64,000 nucleotides of DNA from Actinomycetota bacterium (GTDB lineage Bacteria > Actinomycetota > Actinomycetes > Actinomycetales > Microbacteriaceae): the NCBI GenBank assembly GCA_041181745.1, contig JBEGOY010000056.1, positions 5,918 to 69,917 of the forward strand. The letters are read 5' to 3'. Both the position numbers and the translations under genes were made by a program. Positions 9,768 through 20,563 of this stretch are shown in pieces. The stretch's first letter is position 1. Each line of letters opens with the position of its first letter. The notes below the pieces were generated by a model. That model searched no databases. It was not told the origin of the DNA and saw nothing but the letters and a program-made list of their open reading frames with translations.

Positions 9768-10901
9768 GTGATGCCTACGATGCTACCTTCGGTTCCAAAA
9801 TCTCTCGGGAGGCTATCCGATGTGTTCGCCTCTGCACTCGGGGCCATCACTGGGGTCGATAACCGACTCAACCTAAAGCGAGTAAAGCGCGCCTGTGTGA
9901 TTTTGGTAGACGGTTTAGGCACCAAGAATCTTGAATTCCGCGCCGGGCATGCGCCGTTTTTAGCGACAGCGCTAAAGCAGAACCCTTCGATTCACTGCGG
10001 ATTTCCTTCCACCACCGCAACCAGCATTTCTAGCTTTGCCACCGGACTGGCAGCCGGGCAGCACGGCATGGTGGGTTATCAAGTTTTTGACCTCGAAACC
10101 CAGAAGCCGTTGAATCTGCTTACCGGACTTGGTGGCGATTACCCACCGCGCTCCTGGCAGTCACAGCCAACTGTTTCTGAGGCAGCGGTGGCAGCCGGTG
10201 TGCCTATTTTTGTAGTAGGGCCAGCCGAATACGAAGGGTCTGGTTTCTCTCAAGCCACGATGCCGGGCGCAGTTTATGTAGGCGCCAAATCGTTTGATGA
10301 GCGAGTGTCGGCTACTCAAAAGTTGATACACAACAATCCGCTGGCATTGATTTATCTTTACTTTCCCGAACTCGATCAGCGAGCTCACGCTTTCGGCAGT
10401 AAATCGGTTGAGTGGCTAGAAAAACTAGAAGATCTTGATGCAGCTGTAAAGCAATTGTCTGGGGGGATTCCTAAGGACGCGGGTCTGCTGCTCACGGCAG
10501 ACCACGGAATCATTGACGTGCGTCATGACCGACAAATTTATCTGGATGATTATCAAGAACTGCTGCCCGGCCTTGTTTCAGTCGGCGGTGATCCGCGGGT
10601 GCTATTTCTCTATTTCGATTCGCAACCAAGTGAGAATGATCTAGAAAGTCTGCAATTAGCGTTGGGGTCGAGGGTGATCGTTGCGCAGAAAAACAACATT
10701 ATTGACGCGGGTTGGTATGGCAACGTTCAAGAGCACGTGGCTGCCAGGATGCCTGAAGTTTTTCTAATTGCAAATGGTGAGACTGCGTTGTACCACCGTG
10801 CTTTTGCTAAATCAAAGAGCATGCAGATGATCGGCCAGCACGGTGCTTTATCGCAAGAAGAACTTAGTGTTCCACTTTTGAAGCTTGGGGCGTTTGCCTA
10901 G
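9768..10901 (+). CDS. Alkaline phosphatase superfamily / nucleotide pyrophosphatase-phosphodiesterase
   Basis: LVDGLG, FPSTT, ELDQRAH, TADHG and GQHG metal-binding motifs. Confidence 0.88.
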   Translation: MMPTMLPSVPKSLGRLSDVFASALGAITGVDNRLNLKRVKRACVILVDGLGTKNLEFRAGHAPFLATALKQNPSIHCGFPSTTATSISSFATGLAAGQHGMVGYQVFDLETQKPLNLLTGLGGDYPPRSWQSQPTVSEAAVAAGVPIFVVGPAEYEGSGFSQATMPGAVYVGAKSFDERVSATQKLIHNNPLALIYLYFPELDQRAHAFGSKSVEWLEKLEDLDAAVKQLSGGIPKDAGLLLTADHGIIDVRHDRQIYLDDYQELLPGLVSVGGDPRVLFLYFDSQPSENDLESLQLALGSRVIVAQKNNIIDAGWYGNVQEHVAARMPEVFLIANGETALYHRAFAKSKSMQMIGQHGALSQEELSVPLLKLGAFA

Positions 10902-11965
10902 TCGTCGGCTTTTGTTCCGAAGACGATTTCATCCCAACTAGGCATGCTTGCGCGGCCCTTCTTTGCTGGTGCAGCTGTTTCAGGCGAAGTTGGTGCCGGT
11001 GTTGTTGCTGCCGGCGCGTCAGAACTTGGCACCTCTGTTGCCGGTGCCACTGGTGTCGCAGTCTCGGGTTTCGATTCTTTGGTTTCAGACTCTTCACGTT
11101 CGGTGCGCTTGCGTCGAAGCGCTTCAAGCAAATCTGCAGTGGCGCTTAGTGGTTCGGCTGGCGCAGCACTTGCCTTAGCCGCAGATTCGTTTGCAGGCTC
11201 TGCTTTAACCATTGGGGTAATGCTCACTACGGGTGCAATCGGTGCCTGAGTTTTCTCTTCAACCACCGGTTGGCTAACTGGTTGTGCTGGTGTCTCGGTT
11301 TTTGGCACCAGGTGGGCAAATGCAGCTGGAGTTGATGGAATCACTTCGGTGGCTGACTCAGCAGGCGATAGGTCAACAGGTCGAAGTTTGGGAATCGGAA
11401 CAGAACCAATGGTTTCGTTTGCCGAAAGTGAAACTGCCGATTCATTTTCTGGCGAAAGTGCCAGTGCGCGCTGATCGAATGCCCAGGTGGCAATCGCATC
11501 GGCATCTTGCAATTTATAAGCGACGGATACGTGCCACACGCCTGAGTCAGTGCGGCGAGCTATCCAAGAGATATTGGTTGCCCCTGCAGCGGCAAGGCGC
11601 CCGAGAATCAATTCACCAAATTCAACCTGTTGGGTAGCCGAGTAGCGATCACCGGCAGTGGTTACCCGCACCGATTTGGCGCTATCAACAATGTGTTCCA
11701 GTTCAGCAATTACCGGTGCTGCAAATTTCTCTACGAATTCAAAGGTTGCCCCAGAGAGCTTCACCAATTCTTCGATCGTTGTGCCGATGCGCACAGCGTC
11801 TTGAATTTCACGGGGAGTCATCGTCAGGTCATCCAGGGTCTGCGTTGGTTCGCGTTTTACGGCCGAGCGAACTGAGTCATCAAGCAATAGGCGAAACTTC
11901 TGACCACCATTGGCTTCGAGCACCAAATAGTCGCCATCGGTTTCTAACAATCGAATGTCATCCAT
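10898..11965 (-). CDS. sepH: Septation protein SepH (DUF3071)
   Basis: TPREIQDAVRIG HTH-like N-domain, low-complexity linker and C-terminal RASMPSWDEIVFG. Start at MDDIR after AGGGAGG. Confidence 0.85.
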   Translation of the reverse strand: MDDIRLLETDGDYLVLEANGGQKFRLLLDDSVRSAVKREPTQTLDDLTMTPREIQDAVRIGTTIEELVKLSGATFEFVEKFAAPVIAELEHIVDSAKSVRVTTAGDRYSATQQVEFGELILGRLAAAGATNISWIARRTDSGVWHVSVAYKLQDADAIATWAFDQRALALSPENESAVSLSANETIGSVPIPKLRPVDLSPAESATEVIPSTPAAFAHLVPKTETPAQPVSQPVVEEKTQAPIAPVVSITPMVKAEPANESAAKASAAPAEPLSATADLLEALRRKRTEREESETKESKPETATPVAPATEVPSSDAPAATTPAPTSPETAAPAKKGRASMPSWDEIVFGTKADD

Positions 11966-12144
11966 GCGAACCTCCCTTTGAGAGAAGTTTGCCACCGCGT
12001 TCACGAAATGTTCGTTTAGCGGCAAGGTGTGCCGTGTTCCAGTTGGAAAAGATTTCTGATTAGAATCGGCGTTGCGGGTTTGCTATTGCAAAGATTTTGT
12101 TGCACACTATGCACGCCTATTGAACTAAGCGAGAGGGCAGCCAC

Positions 12145-12432
12145 ATGGCCACCGACTACGACGCACCTAGAAAGTCCGACGACGATACCGAGTCGATCGA
12201 GGCAATCAAGGAGCGAATTCCTGACAAGCTATCTGGAGTTGTCGACGTAGACGAAGAGCACGGCGAAGGCTTTGCGATTCCAGACGTAGTGTCTGAAGAC
12301 CTTGATGTCTTGGTTTTGCCACCTCAGGATGACGAATTCACCTGTTCAGAGTGCTTCATTGTGAAGCACCATTCGTTGCTTTCGCCTCGCAAGGGCAAGC
12401 ACGGCAAGGTTTGCATCGAGTGTGACAGCTAA
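12145..12432 (+). CDS. DUF4193 family protein
   Basis: MATDYDAPRK start and DEFTCSECF...H...C..C motif. Confidence 0.9.
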   Translation: MATDYDAPRKSDDDTESIEAIKERIPDKLSGVVDVDEEHGEGFAIPDVVSEDLDVLVLPPQDDEFTCSECFIVKHHSLLSPRKGKHGKVCIECDS

Positions 12433-12441
12433 CTCAGCTGT

Positions 12442-12906
12442 CTAGCTCTTTTTAGTCTTCTTATTTATCAGCGCCGTCAAGTATTCGGCGTGATGACTCG
12501 AAAATAGCCAATACGGCGTTGGGTCATTCTTATCTTTAACTGAAACCTTAACCAGGGTGCTAACGCCGATCTGAAACCTTATAAACGCCCGGATGTTGAG
12601 TTTTGGGCCGCGTTCAGCAAAGGCGTTTCGTTTGGCAATGAATTCTGCGTTTGCTAAGTGCTTCAGGGGAATATGTGCCCTGCCGACTCTTAATTGCTGG
12701 TCATCCAGCTCAATAACGGGTGAATTCATTACCATTGCCGTGCCAATTGCGGCGGCTGCAACTATGCCCACGATGAGGCCGAGCGCCTGATTGACCATGG
12801 CGAGAGTAAGCCAGCCAGTGGGCGGAATCAAAAGGAGTGGAACAAAACTGCCCAAACTTGGCAAAACCCGCTCACGATAGGCAGGGGTCTTAGTTTCTGG
12901 GCTCAC
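12442..12906 (-). CDS. DUF3093 family membrane protein
   Basis: YRERVLP, two TM helices, DPTPYWL motif. Divergent from dut. Confidence 0.85.
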   Translation of the reverse strand: MSPETKTPAYRERVLPSLGSFVPLLLIPPTGWLTLAMVNQALGLIVGIVAAAAIGTAMVMNSPVIELDDQQLRVGRAHIPLKHLANAEFIAKRNAFAERGPKLNIRAFIRFQIGVSTLVKVSVKDKNDPTPYWLFSSHHAEYLTALINKKTKKS

Positions 12907-12928
12907 CGTTCTAGATTACGCTCTTACC
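12907..12928. promoter_or_regulatory. Bidirectional overlapping -10 elements for two leaderless genes
   Basis: TACGCT (+, 12917-12922) and TAATCT (-, 12918-12913), each exactly 6 nt from a GTG start. Confidence 0.6.
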
Positions 12929-13366
12929 GTGAACAACCAAGTGCCTGTGCTCATTGTCTGCAAAGACGAATTTCTGCCGCTTTACGCTCAACCGGGCGAT
13001 GCCGGGGCCGATCTGCGTTCCACCGAATCAGCGGTTATCGCAGCTGGTGAGCGCAAGCTTTTGCCAACCGGAGTTTCGATTGCCTTGCCGGCCGGGTTTG
13101 TTGGCTTGGTTCACCCGAGATCTGGATTAGCTGCAAAACATGGCATTACCGTCTTGAATGCACCCGGCACCGTCGATGCTGGTTATCGAGGCGAGATTCT
13201 CGTGACACTCTTTAATAGCTCCAAGGATGACTTCTCGGTTGAAGTCGGTGACCGAATTGCGCAGTTGGTGATTCAAAAGGTTGAAGTTGCACACTTCATC
13301 CGGGTTGAAAAATTGCCAGACAGCGATCGCGGTCAGGGTGGCTTTGGCTCCACCGGAAAGAACTAA
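12929..13366 (+). CDS. dut: dUTP diphosphatase
   Basis: GDAGADL, PRSGLA, GTVDAGYRGE, GDRIAQL and RGQGGFGSTG. Confidence 0.97.
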   Translation: MNNQVPVLIVCKDEFLPLYAQPGDAGADLRSTESAVIAAGERKLLPTGVSIALPAGFVGLVHPRSGLAAKHGITVLNAPGTVDAGYRGEILVTLFNSSKDDFSVEVGDRIAQLVIQKVEVAHFIRVEKLPDSDRGQGGFGSTGKN

Positions 13367-13368
13367 TT

Positions 13369-13974
13369 ATGAGCAATGAACTTTACGCATCAACCAAATC
13401 GGCACCGGCCGATCGCCGCAGCGGCGGGCCGTTCGACGTATCCGAGGTTTCAGACGTATCGCCATATATCGATTTCGGTGCATTGAGAGTGGCCGCCCGC
13501 GAGGACATGCAAATGCGCCTCGAGGTTGAAGAAGCAACTCAGCGCCTGATCGCTGTGAGCTTGGACTGGCAGGGCTCAACTTTGCAATTGCAAGCATTCG
13601 CGGCACCTCGCAGCGAAGGCGTTTGGCATGAAGTGCGCGGTCAGATGAAAGATTCAATCACCGCACAGGGTGGCGAAGTCGAAGAGCGCGTTGGTTCGCT
13701 AGGGCCTGAATTGCTCGCCAGGATTCCGCTGCTTGACGAGCACGGTAACAAAGCCGGGTTTAGACTTGCCAAATTTATTGGTGTTGATGGCCCTAAGTGG
13801 TTTTTGCGCGGAGTCGTTGGTGGAGCGGCACTTACCGATGCCCGAGCCGGCGCTGATATTGATGACTTGTTTCGTTCGGTGATTGTCGTTCGTGGCGATG
13901 TGCCAATGCCACCAAAAGATTTGTTGACTCTCACTTTGCCTGGTGGCACCGTTGCTCCGCCGAGGACCATCTAG
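13369..13974 (+). CDS. DUF3710 family protein
   Basis: GPFD, LQLQAFAAPRSEGVW and FIGVDGPKWFLRG. Syntenic after dut. Confidence 0.87.
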   Translation: MSNELYASTKSAPADRRSGGPFDVSEVSDVSPYIDFGALRVAAREDMQMRLEVEEATQRLIAVSLDWQGSTLQLQAFAAPRSEGVWHEVRGQMKDSITAQGGEVEERVGSLGPELLARIPLLDEHGNKAGFRLAKFIGVDGPKWFLRGVVGGAALTDARAGADIDDLFRSVIVVRGDVPMPPKDLLTLTLPGGTVAPPRTI

Positions 13975-14654
13975 TGGCTAAAGAACAACACGCAGCTCAA
14001 TCGGCTGCTGCAAAGCTGGGTCTTTCGATTCACGATGAAGATGGCAATCTGTCGCTCACCAAACAATCCATGCTCGGTGCGGTGGGCGGTTGGCTGGGAA
14101 TCGTGGAGTCGATATTGCCTGCGACCTTATTTGTGACGGTTCTGTCGACTTCAAAAAACGTGGTGGCCGCGGTAATCACAGCAGTTTCTGTTTCTGTGGC
14201 ATTTCTGATTCTTCAGATAGTTCGAAAGAAGCCAATCACCAACGCAATTGCCGGCGGCGTCGGCATTGCAATCTCGGCCTTCTTGCCGCTTCGTGAAGGC
14301 GGGCAACCGGCGGATTATTTTGTGCAGGGCTTTTTCACCAATTTGGGCTACGGGTCGGTTTTGTTGATTTCAATGGCAGTGAGATGGCCACTAATTGGAG
14401 TGCTCGTGGGCTTTTTGACCGGAGAGGGCACATCCTGGCGAAAAAACAAGCAACAAATGCGTCGCTTTCAGGCAGCTACCGGCATCTGGGTTGGCCTTTT
14501 TGCGGCTCGCCTCTTTGTGCAATTGCCGCTTTATTTTTCGCATCAGACTGAATTGCTCGGCATCTTTCGCATCGCCATGGGAATTCCGCTTTATGCGCTG
14601 TGCCTCTGGCTCACCTGGTTGCTAACCAGAGCGATAATTCTGACCCGTCGTTAG
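13974..14654 (+). CDS. DUF3159 family membrane protein
   Basis: GGWLGIVESILP, RWPLIG and RLFVQLPLY motifs. Confidence 0.87.
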   Translation: MAKEQHAAQSAAAKLGLSIHDEDGNLSLTKQSMLGAVGGWLGIVESILPATLFVTVLSTSKNVVAAVITAVSVSVAFLILQIVRKKPITNAIAGGVGIAISAFLPLREGGQPADYFVQGFFTNLGYGSVLLISMAVRWPLIGVLVGFLTGEGTSWRKNKQQMRRFQAATGIWVGLFAARLFVQLPLYFSHQTELLGIFRIAMGIPLYALCLWLTWLLTRAIILTRR

Positions 14655-14701
14655 TGGTATTTTGGTAGGGCAAAGTTGCCACCAGTTAGGAAATGAGACA
14701 C

Positions 14702-17380
14702 ATGTCTAAAGTCAACAGTTTCGCTTCATCCGACATCCTGAAGGTTGGCTCGAAAGAGTACCGAATCTTTAAGCTGAACTCGGTTGACTCAAAGACTTTG
14801 CCTTACAGCCTTAAGGTTCTGCTAGAGAACCTGCTGCGCACCGAAGATGGCGCCAACATCACTTCAGAACACATCAACGCCTTGGTCAACTGGGATCCAA
14901 GTGTTGAACCAGACGTTGAAATTCAGTTCACCCCGGCTCGCGTAATTATGCAGGACTTCACCGGTGTGCCTTGTGTCGTTGACCTGGCAACCATGCGTGA
15001 GGCCGTCGCCGAACTCGGTGGCGACCCAAAGCGCATCAATCCGCTTGCACCTGCCGAATTGGTAATCGACCACTCGGTTCAGATTGACGTTGCTGGTTCA
15101 CCAGATGCGTTTGAGCGCAACGTTGAATTTGAGTACAACCGCAACGGTGAGCGCTACCAATTCTTGCGTTGGGGTCAGACCGCTTTTGATGACTTCAAGG
15201 TTGTTCCGCCCGGCACCGGAATTGTGCACCAGGTAAACATTGAATACCTTGCCCGCGTTGTTATGGCTCGTGAAGTTAACGGTGAACTTCAGGCGTATCC
15301 AGACAGTTGTGTGGGCACAGACTCACACACCACTATGGTCAATGGTCTAGGTGTGCTTGGTTGGGGTGTTGGTGGCATCGAGGCCGAGGCAGCAATGCTC
15401 GGCCAGCCAGTTTCAATGCTTATCCCTAAGGTTGTTGGTTTCAAGCTAACCGGTTCAATTGCAACCGGAGTGACAGCAACCGACGTAGTTTTGACCATCA
15501 CCGAAATGCTTCGCAAGCACGGAGTGGTTGGCAAGTTTGTTGAGTTCTACGGTGCCGGAGTTTCTTCTGTGCCGCTGGCTAACCGTGCAACCATCGGAAA
15601 CATGAGTCCGGAGTTTGGCTCCACCGCCGCAATGTTCCCAATCGATGACGTCACCTTGGATTACCTGCGCATCACCGGTCGTTCGCAAGAGCAGATCGAT
15701 TTGGTTGAGGCATACACAAAGGCGCAGGGCCTATGGCACGACCCAAGCATCGAACCGCGTTTCAGCGAATACCTCGAACTTGACCTATCAACCGTTGTTC
15801 CGTCAATCGCTGGTCCAAAGCGACCACAAGACCGCATTGTGTTGAGCAAGGCTAAAGAAGCGTTTGAGCAGATTATCCCTAGCTATTCATCGCAGGTTTC
15901 TAAGCCGACCGCGGTAAAGGGTCAGCAGTTTGCTCTAGACAACGGCCACGTGGCGATTGCGTCAATCACTTCATGCACTAACACCTCAAACCCGTCGGTC
16001 ATGTTGGCTGCTGGCTTGGTGGCCCGCAAGGCCGTTGCCAAGGGTCTGACCGCAAAGCCATGGGTTAAGACTTCACTGGCACCGGGTTCAAAGGTCGTCA
16101 CCGAGTATTACAACAAGGCAGGTCTAACCAAAGATCTAGACGCTCTTGGTTTCAACTTAGTTGGCTACGGATGTGCCACCTGTATTGGTAACTCTGGCCC
16201 GTTGTCAGATGAAATTTCTGAAGCTATTAACAACAACGACCTCGCGGTTACTGCCGTGCTTTCGGGTAACCGAAACTTCGAAGGTCGCATTAGTCCAGAC
16301 GTAAAGATGAACTACTTGGCTTCACCACCGCTAGTTATTGCTTATGCATTGGCTGGCACCATGGACTTCGATTTTGAGAATGACTCATTGGGCGAAGGTT
16401 CAGATGGCCAGCAGGTTTACTTGCGTGACATCTGGCCAACCGCAGAAGAAGTGCAGAAGACCATCGATGAGTCAATCAACTCTGACATGTTTAAAACTCA
16501 GTACGCCGGCGTATTTGATGGCGACGAGCGCTGGAAAGCTCTGCCAACCCCAAAGGGTGCAGTATTCGAGTGGGATGAGAAGTCAACCTACGTTCGCAAA
16601 CCGCCTTACTTTGACGGCATGAAAAAGACCCCGGATGCCGTTCGCGACATCACCGGTGCACGCGTGCTGGCCAAGCTTGGCGACTCGGTGACAACCGACC
16701 ACATCAGCCCTGCGGGTTCAATCAAGGCGGACTCACCGGCTGGAAAGTATTTGACCGAGCACGGTATCTCTCGCGTCGATTTCAATAGCTATGGATCACG
16801 TCGCGGAAACCACGAAGTGATGATTCGTGGCACATTCGCGAACATCCGTCTAAAGAACCAACTTCTCGATGGGGTAGAGGGTGGCTTCACCCGCGACTTC
16901 ACCAAGGATGACGCACCACAGTCATTCATCTATGACGCTTCAAGCAACTACCAAGCTGCCGGTGTGCCACTGGTGATCCTCGGTGGAAAAGAATACGGTT
17001 CTGGTTCGTCACGTGACTGGGCGGCAAAGGGCACCAGCTTGCTTGGTGTTCGCGCAGTAATCACTGAGAGCTTCGAGCGCATCCACCGCAGCAACCTAAT
17101 CGGAATGGGTGTTTTACCATTGCAGTTCCCAGCTGGTCAGAATGCAGCGTCACTGGGCCTAGACGGCACCGAGGTGTTTGACATCACCGGAGTTGAAGAA
17201 TTGAACAACGGCACAACACCAAAAACTGTGCATGTGGTTGCTAAACCTTCGGCACACTCACCGGCTGGCAAGTCAGTGGTTGAGTTTGATGCAGTAGTAA
17301 GAATCGACACCCCGGGTGAAGCTGACTACTACCGCAACGGCGGAATTCTTCAATACGTACTTCGCAGTTTGGTGAGCTAA
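14702..17380 (+). CDS. acnA: Aconitate hydratase A
   Basis: [41 protein letters not shown] and [12 protein letters not shown]. Confidence 0.97.
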   Translation: MSKVNSFASSDILKVGSKEYRIFKLNSVDSKTLPYSLKVLLENLLRTEDGANITSEHINALVNWDPSVEPDVEIQFTPARVIMQDFTGVPCVVDLATMREAVAELGGDPKRINPLAPAELVIDHSVQIDVAGSPDAFERNVEFEYNRNGERYQFLRWGQTAFDDFKVVPPGTGIVHQVNIEYLARVVMAREVNGELQAYPDSCVGTDSHTTMVNGLGVLGWGVGGIEAEAAMLGQPVSMLIPKVVGFKLTGSIATGVTATDVVLTITEMLRKHGVVGKFVEFYGAGVSSVPLANRATIGNMSPEFGSTAAMFPIDDVTLDYLRITGRSQEQIDLVEAYTKAQGLWHDPSIEPRFSEYLELDLSTVVPSIAGPKRPQDRIVLSKAKEAFEQIIPSYSSQVSKPTAVKGQQFALDNGHVAIASITSCTNTSNPSVMLAAGLVARKAVAKGLTAKPWVKTSLAPGSKVVTEYYNKAGLTKDLDALGFNLVGYGCATCIGNSGPLSDEISEAINNNDLAVTAVLSGNRNFEGRISPDVKMNYLASPPLVIAYALAGTMDFDFENDSLGEGSDGQQVYLRDIWPTAEEVQKTIDESINSDMFKTQYAGVFDGDERWKALPTPKGAVFEWDEKSTYVRKPPYFDGMKKTPDAVRDITGARVLAKLGDSVTTDHISPAGSIKADSPAGKYLTEHGISRVDFNSYGSRRGNHEVMIRGTFANIRLKNQLLDGVEGGFTRDFTKDDAPQSFIYDASSNYQAAGVPLVILGGKEYGSGSSRDWAAKGTSLLGVRAVITESFERIHRSNLIGMGVLPLQFPAGQNAASLGLDGTEVFDITGVEELNNGTTPKTVHVVAKPSAHSPAGKSVVEFDAVVRIDTPGEADYYRNGGILQYVLRSLVS

Positions 17381-17409
17381 CCAGAAATACCCACGGGTTT
17401 TTTCTGGTT
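17379..17409 (+). terminator. Stem-loop after acnA (probable terminator or stabiliser)
   Basis: AACCAGAAA...ACC-CACG-GGT...TTTCTGGTT inverted repeat. Confidence 0.5.
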
Positions 17410-17418
17410 CGAATACAC

Positions 17419-19347
17419 ATGACGTTTCTAGAGCGAATTAAAGGTCCCCGGGACCTTGATTCGCTGAGTGCTGAGGAGCTAAAAGAGCTCTGCTCTGAAA
17501 TTCGCCACTCGCTGATTCGTGCTGTTGCAAAGACCGGCGGTCACCTTGGCCCAAACCTTGGTGTGGTTGAAACCACTGTTGCAATTCACCGGGTATTTCA
17601 CTCACCAACCGACGCAATAATTTTTGATACGGGTCACCAGTCCTACGTTCACAAGATGCTTACCGGTCGCAGTGACTTAAGCACTTTGCGTCAAAAGGAT
17701 GGCATTGCTGGTTATCCGCAGCGGTCTGAATCGGTGCACGACATTGTAGAGAGCTCTCACGCTTCATCATCGATCTCTTGGGCTGATGGCATTGCCAAAG
17801 CCTTCAAGCTGACCGACCAGACAGATCGATATGTTGTGGCGGTGGTTGGCGACGGCGCCTTAACCGGTGGAATGACCTGGGAAGCGCTCAACAATATTTC
17901 GGATGACAACGATCGCCGACTCGTGATCGTGGTGAATGACAATGGTCGTTCTTATGCGCCAACCATCGGTGGTTTGGCGAAGTATCTAAACGGTGTTCGC
18001 ACAGATCACAATTACCGCCGTTTGTACCGGCTCAGCAGAAAGTTGTTCTATAAATTTGGATTGCTTGGTCGCCTGATTTATTCTGCTGCCCGCGGCGCAG
18101 GAAAAGGTCTGCTGGCTACATTTGCTCCGCGAGGACTGTTTCCAAACCTTGACATTAAATACATCGGCCCAATTGATGGTCATGACATTGTGGCAATGGA
18201 GCAAGCGCTGCAACAGGCTCGCAAATATGCGAGTCCGGTTATCGTTCACGCGATCACCCAAAAGGGCAAGGGTTACAATCCAGCGCTGCTCAACGAAGAT
18301 GACCAATTTCACGCGGTTGGAAAGATCGACCCAGCGACCGGTGAGTCACTCGAAAATAACCCAGCAGAAACTTGGACTGATGTCTTTGGTGACGAGATTG
18401 TGAAAATCGCAGATCGCCGCAAAGACATCATTGGAATCACCGGTGCAATGCTGCGTCCAGTCGGACTCGACAAGTTTGCCGAGAAATATCCTGAACGCGT
18501 TTTTGACGTTGGAATTGCGGAACAGCATGCCGTAACTTCTGCCGCCGGCATGGCTTTCGGTGGGTTGCATCCCGTAGTTGCCCTTTATGCAACTTTTGTA
18601 AACCGCGCATTTGACCAAGTGCTGATGGATGTTGCCTTGCACAAAGCAGGAGTAACTTTTGTGCTTGACCGTGCAGGAGTCACAGGCCCCGATGGTGCGA
18701 GTCACCACGGCATGTGGGACTTAAGTTTGCTGCAGATTGTTCCAAACATCCGAATCAGTGCACCACGTGACGCAGCGCGGTTGCGCGAAGAACTTAATGA
18801 AGCGGTAGCAATCAAAGATGCACCGACTGTTGTGCGTTTTTCAAAGGGAGTTGCTTCAGTCGAAATTGCAGCCCTGCGACGCACAGCCGATGGAGTTGAT
18901 GTGTTGGGTGAAGCAGCTGCCAAAGATGTGCTGCTGTTGACAGTTGGGCCAATGGCTTCGATTGGCTTGCAGGTGGCCGATCTTTTGGCGGCCCAAGGCA
19001 TCGGAGCCACTGTGATTGATCCACGTTGGGTTGTTCCAGTGCCGAAATCTGTTATTGAAATTGCGGCCCAACATCGCTTGGTGGTGACCATCGAAGACGG
19101 AATCAAGGTAGGTGGCATCGGCACTCGGGTGCGCCAAGACATGCGTGAGGCGCAGGTTGACACGGCCCTTAACGAAGTCGGCTTGCCCGATGAATTTCTT
19201 GAACACGCTACCCGCAACGAGATATTTGAGCGAGTCGGTCTAACCGCTCAGGCGATTGCGCGCGACATTGTTGCACAGGTGGTTGGTTCTAAGGTGCCGC
19301 ACGCGCGACCACTCAGCGATAACCCAACTATTCAGGTGCGTCCGTAG
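17419..19347 (+). CDS. dxs: 1-deoxy-D-xylulose-5-phosphate synthase
   Basis: GGHLGPNLGVVE, DTGHQSYVHK, GDGALTGG...NDN, IAEQH and DRAG. Confidence 0.96.
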   Translation: MTFLERIKGPRDLDSLSAEELKELCSEIRHSLIRAVAKTGGHLGPNLGVVETTVAIHRVFHSPTDAIIFDTGHQSYVHKMLTGRSDLSTLRQKDGIAGYPQRSESVHDIVESSHASSSISWADGIAKAFKLTDQTDRYVVAVVGDGALTGGMTWEALNNISDDNDRRLVIVVNDNGRSYAPTIGGLAKYLNGVRTDHNYRRLYRLSRKLFYKFGLLGRLIYSAARGAGKGLLATFAPRGLFPNLDIKYIGPIDGHDIVAMEQALQQARKYASPVIVHAITQKGKGYNPALLNEDDQFHAVGKIDPATGESLENNPAETWTDVFGDEIVKIADRRKDIIGITGAMLRPVGLDKFAEKYPERVFDVGIAEQHAVTSAAGMAFGGLHPVVALYATFVNRAFDQVLMDVALHKAGVTFVLDRAGVTGPDGASHHGMWDLSLLQIVPNIRISAPRDAARLREELNEAVAIKDAPTVVRFSKGVASVEIAALRRTADGVDVLGEAAAKDVLLLTVGPMASIGLQVADLLAAQGIGATVIDPRWVVPVPKSVIEIAAQHRLVVTIEDGIKVGGIGTRVRQDMREAQVDTALNEVGLPDEFLEHATRNEIFERVGLTAQAIARDIVAQVVGSKVPHARPLSDNPTIQVRP

Positions 19348-20563
19348 GTTTTTGAAGCGCGGCCAGAATAACCGGCGCGGTCAGTTCTGCTTGCCAACGA
19401 CGGGCACCAGAATCCAGCAAAGCCTTCTCTAGAGATTCAATGCTCAGCGGCTCAGGTGACTGCCAACATAGTTGACGCACGTAGTCTGGGGTAATCAAGT
19501 TCTCAATAGGCAGCTCGAGCTCTTCGGCCTGAGTGGTCAAAGCAGCACGCACTGCCTTTAGACGGGCATCTGCTTCTGGATATTTGTTAGGCCAGATTCG
19601 GTGATTTGGAATTCCAACCACTGGCAATTTAACCGGTGGCATATCGCGATCCGTCTGACCGGCCTGCAAGGCAGCCCACCATGTGTCTAGGTAGCTGCGG
19701 CTGGCTCTGCCAACGAATGCTTTGTCTGACGCGAGTTCTGGTTTTGATTTGGGTGGGTTCTTTGCCAAATGTGTGAAGGATGTGTCAGGAACCAATCGAC
19801 CGGGAGCGACATCGAGTTTCTCGGCAAGAGCTTCGCGTGCGGTCCATAGTGCTCGAGCAATTGCCATGCCACGAGTGTCTTTGATGTCGTGAATTCCAGT
19901 GAGTCCGCGCCAACGATCAACCTTTGGCGCTTTCGGTTGCATGTTTGCAACCGCTTCGAACTCCTGCCGCGCCCAATCCAATTTGTTTTTCTCGGTTAGC
20001 AAATTCAAGAGCTGTTCACGCAATTCAAAGAGCACGTCAACATCCAAGGCCGCGTAATTCAACCAATCTTCATGCAGTGGCCGGGTGCTCCAGTCCACTG
20101 CGGAGTGTTCCTTGGCAAGTTTCACTCCGATCAACTGTTCGGTGACGGCACCTAACCCAACACGTGCTAAGCCCGCAATGCGAGAACCAAGTTCGGTGTC
20201 AAATAATTTTGTAGGTGAGATTCCAAGCTCGCGAAGACATGGGATGTCTTGGCTTGCTGCGTGCAGAATCCATTCGTCACTCGCAAGAAGCTGAGCAAGT
20301 TTGCTAAAAGCTTCTGTGTTGTGATCAGGTGAAATTGCGATTGGGTCAATCAAGTAGATTGGCGAGCCAAGTCGGTAGACCTGAATTAGATAAGCGCGTT
20401 GAGAATATTTGAAACCTGACGCGCGTTCTGCATCCAAGGCAAAAGGCCCAGATAATTTTTCGAGCGTGTCAATCGCTTCGCTGAGTAGTTCAGCGGAGTC
20501 AATGAATTTAACTTCAACTCGAGGCTTTGCTAAAAGCGGCAGCTCGATATTTTCTTCGGTCAT
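19328..20563 (-). CDS. rnd: Ribonuclease D (3'-5' exonuclease plus HRDC)
   Basis: DAERASG, HAASQD, FDTELG, DWSTRPL and YAALDV. Confidence 0.9.
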   Translation of the reverse strand: MTEENIELPLLAKPRVEVKFIDSAELLSEAIDTLEKLSGPFALDAERASGFKYSQRAYLIQVYRLGSPIYLIDPIAISPDHNTEAFSKLAQLLASDEWILHAASQDIPCLRELGISPTKLFDTELGSRIAGLARVGLGAVTEQLIGVKLAKEHSAVDWSTRPLHEDWLNYAALDVDVLFELREQLLNLLTEKNKLDWARQEFEAVANMQPKAPKVDRWRGLTGIHDIKDTRGMAIARALWTAREALAEKLDVAPGRLVPDTSFTHLAKNPPKSKPELASDKAFVGRASRSYLDTWWAALQAGQTDRDMPPVKLPVVGIPNHRIWPNKYPEADARLKAVRAALTTQAEELELPIENLITPDYVRQLCWQSPEPLSIESLEKALLDSGARRWQAELTAPVILAALQKPTDAPE

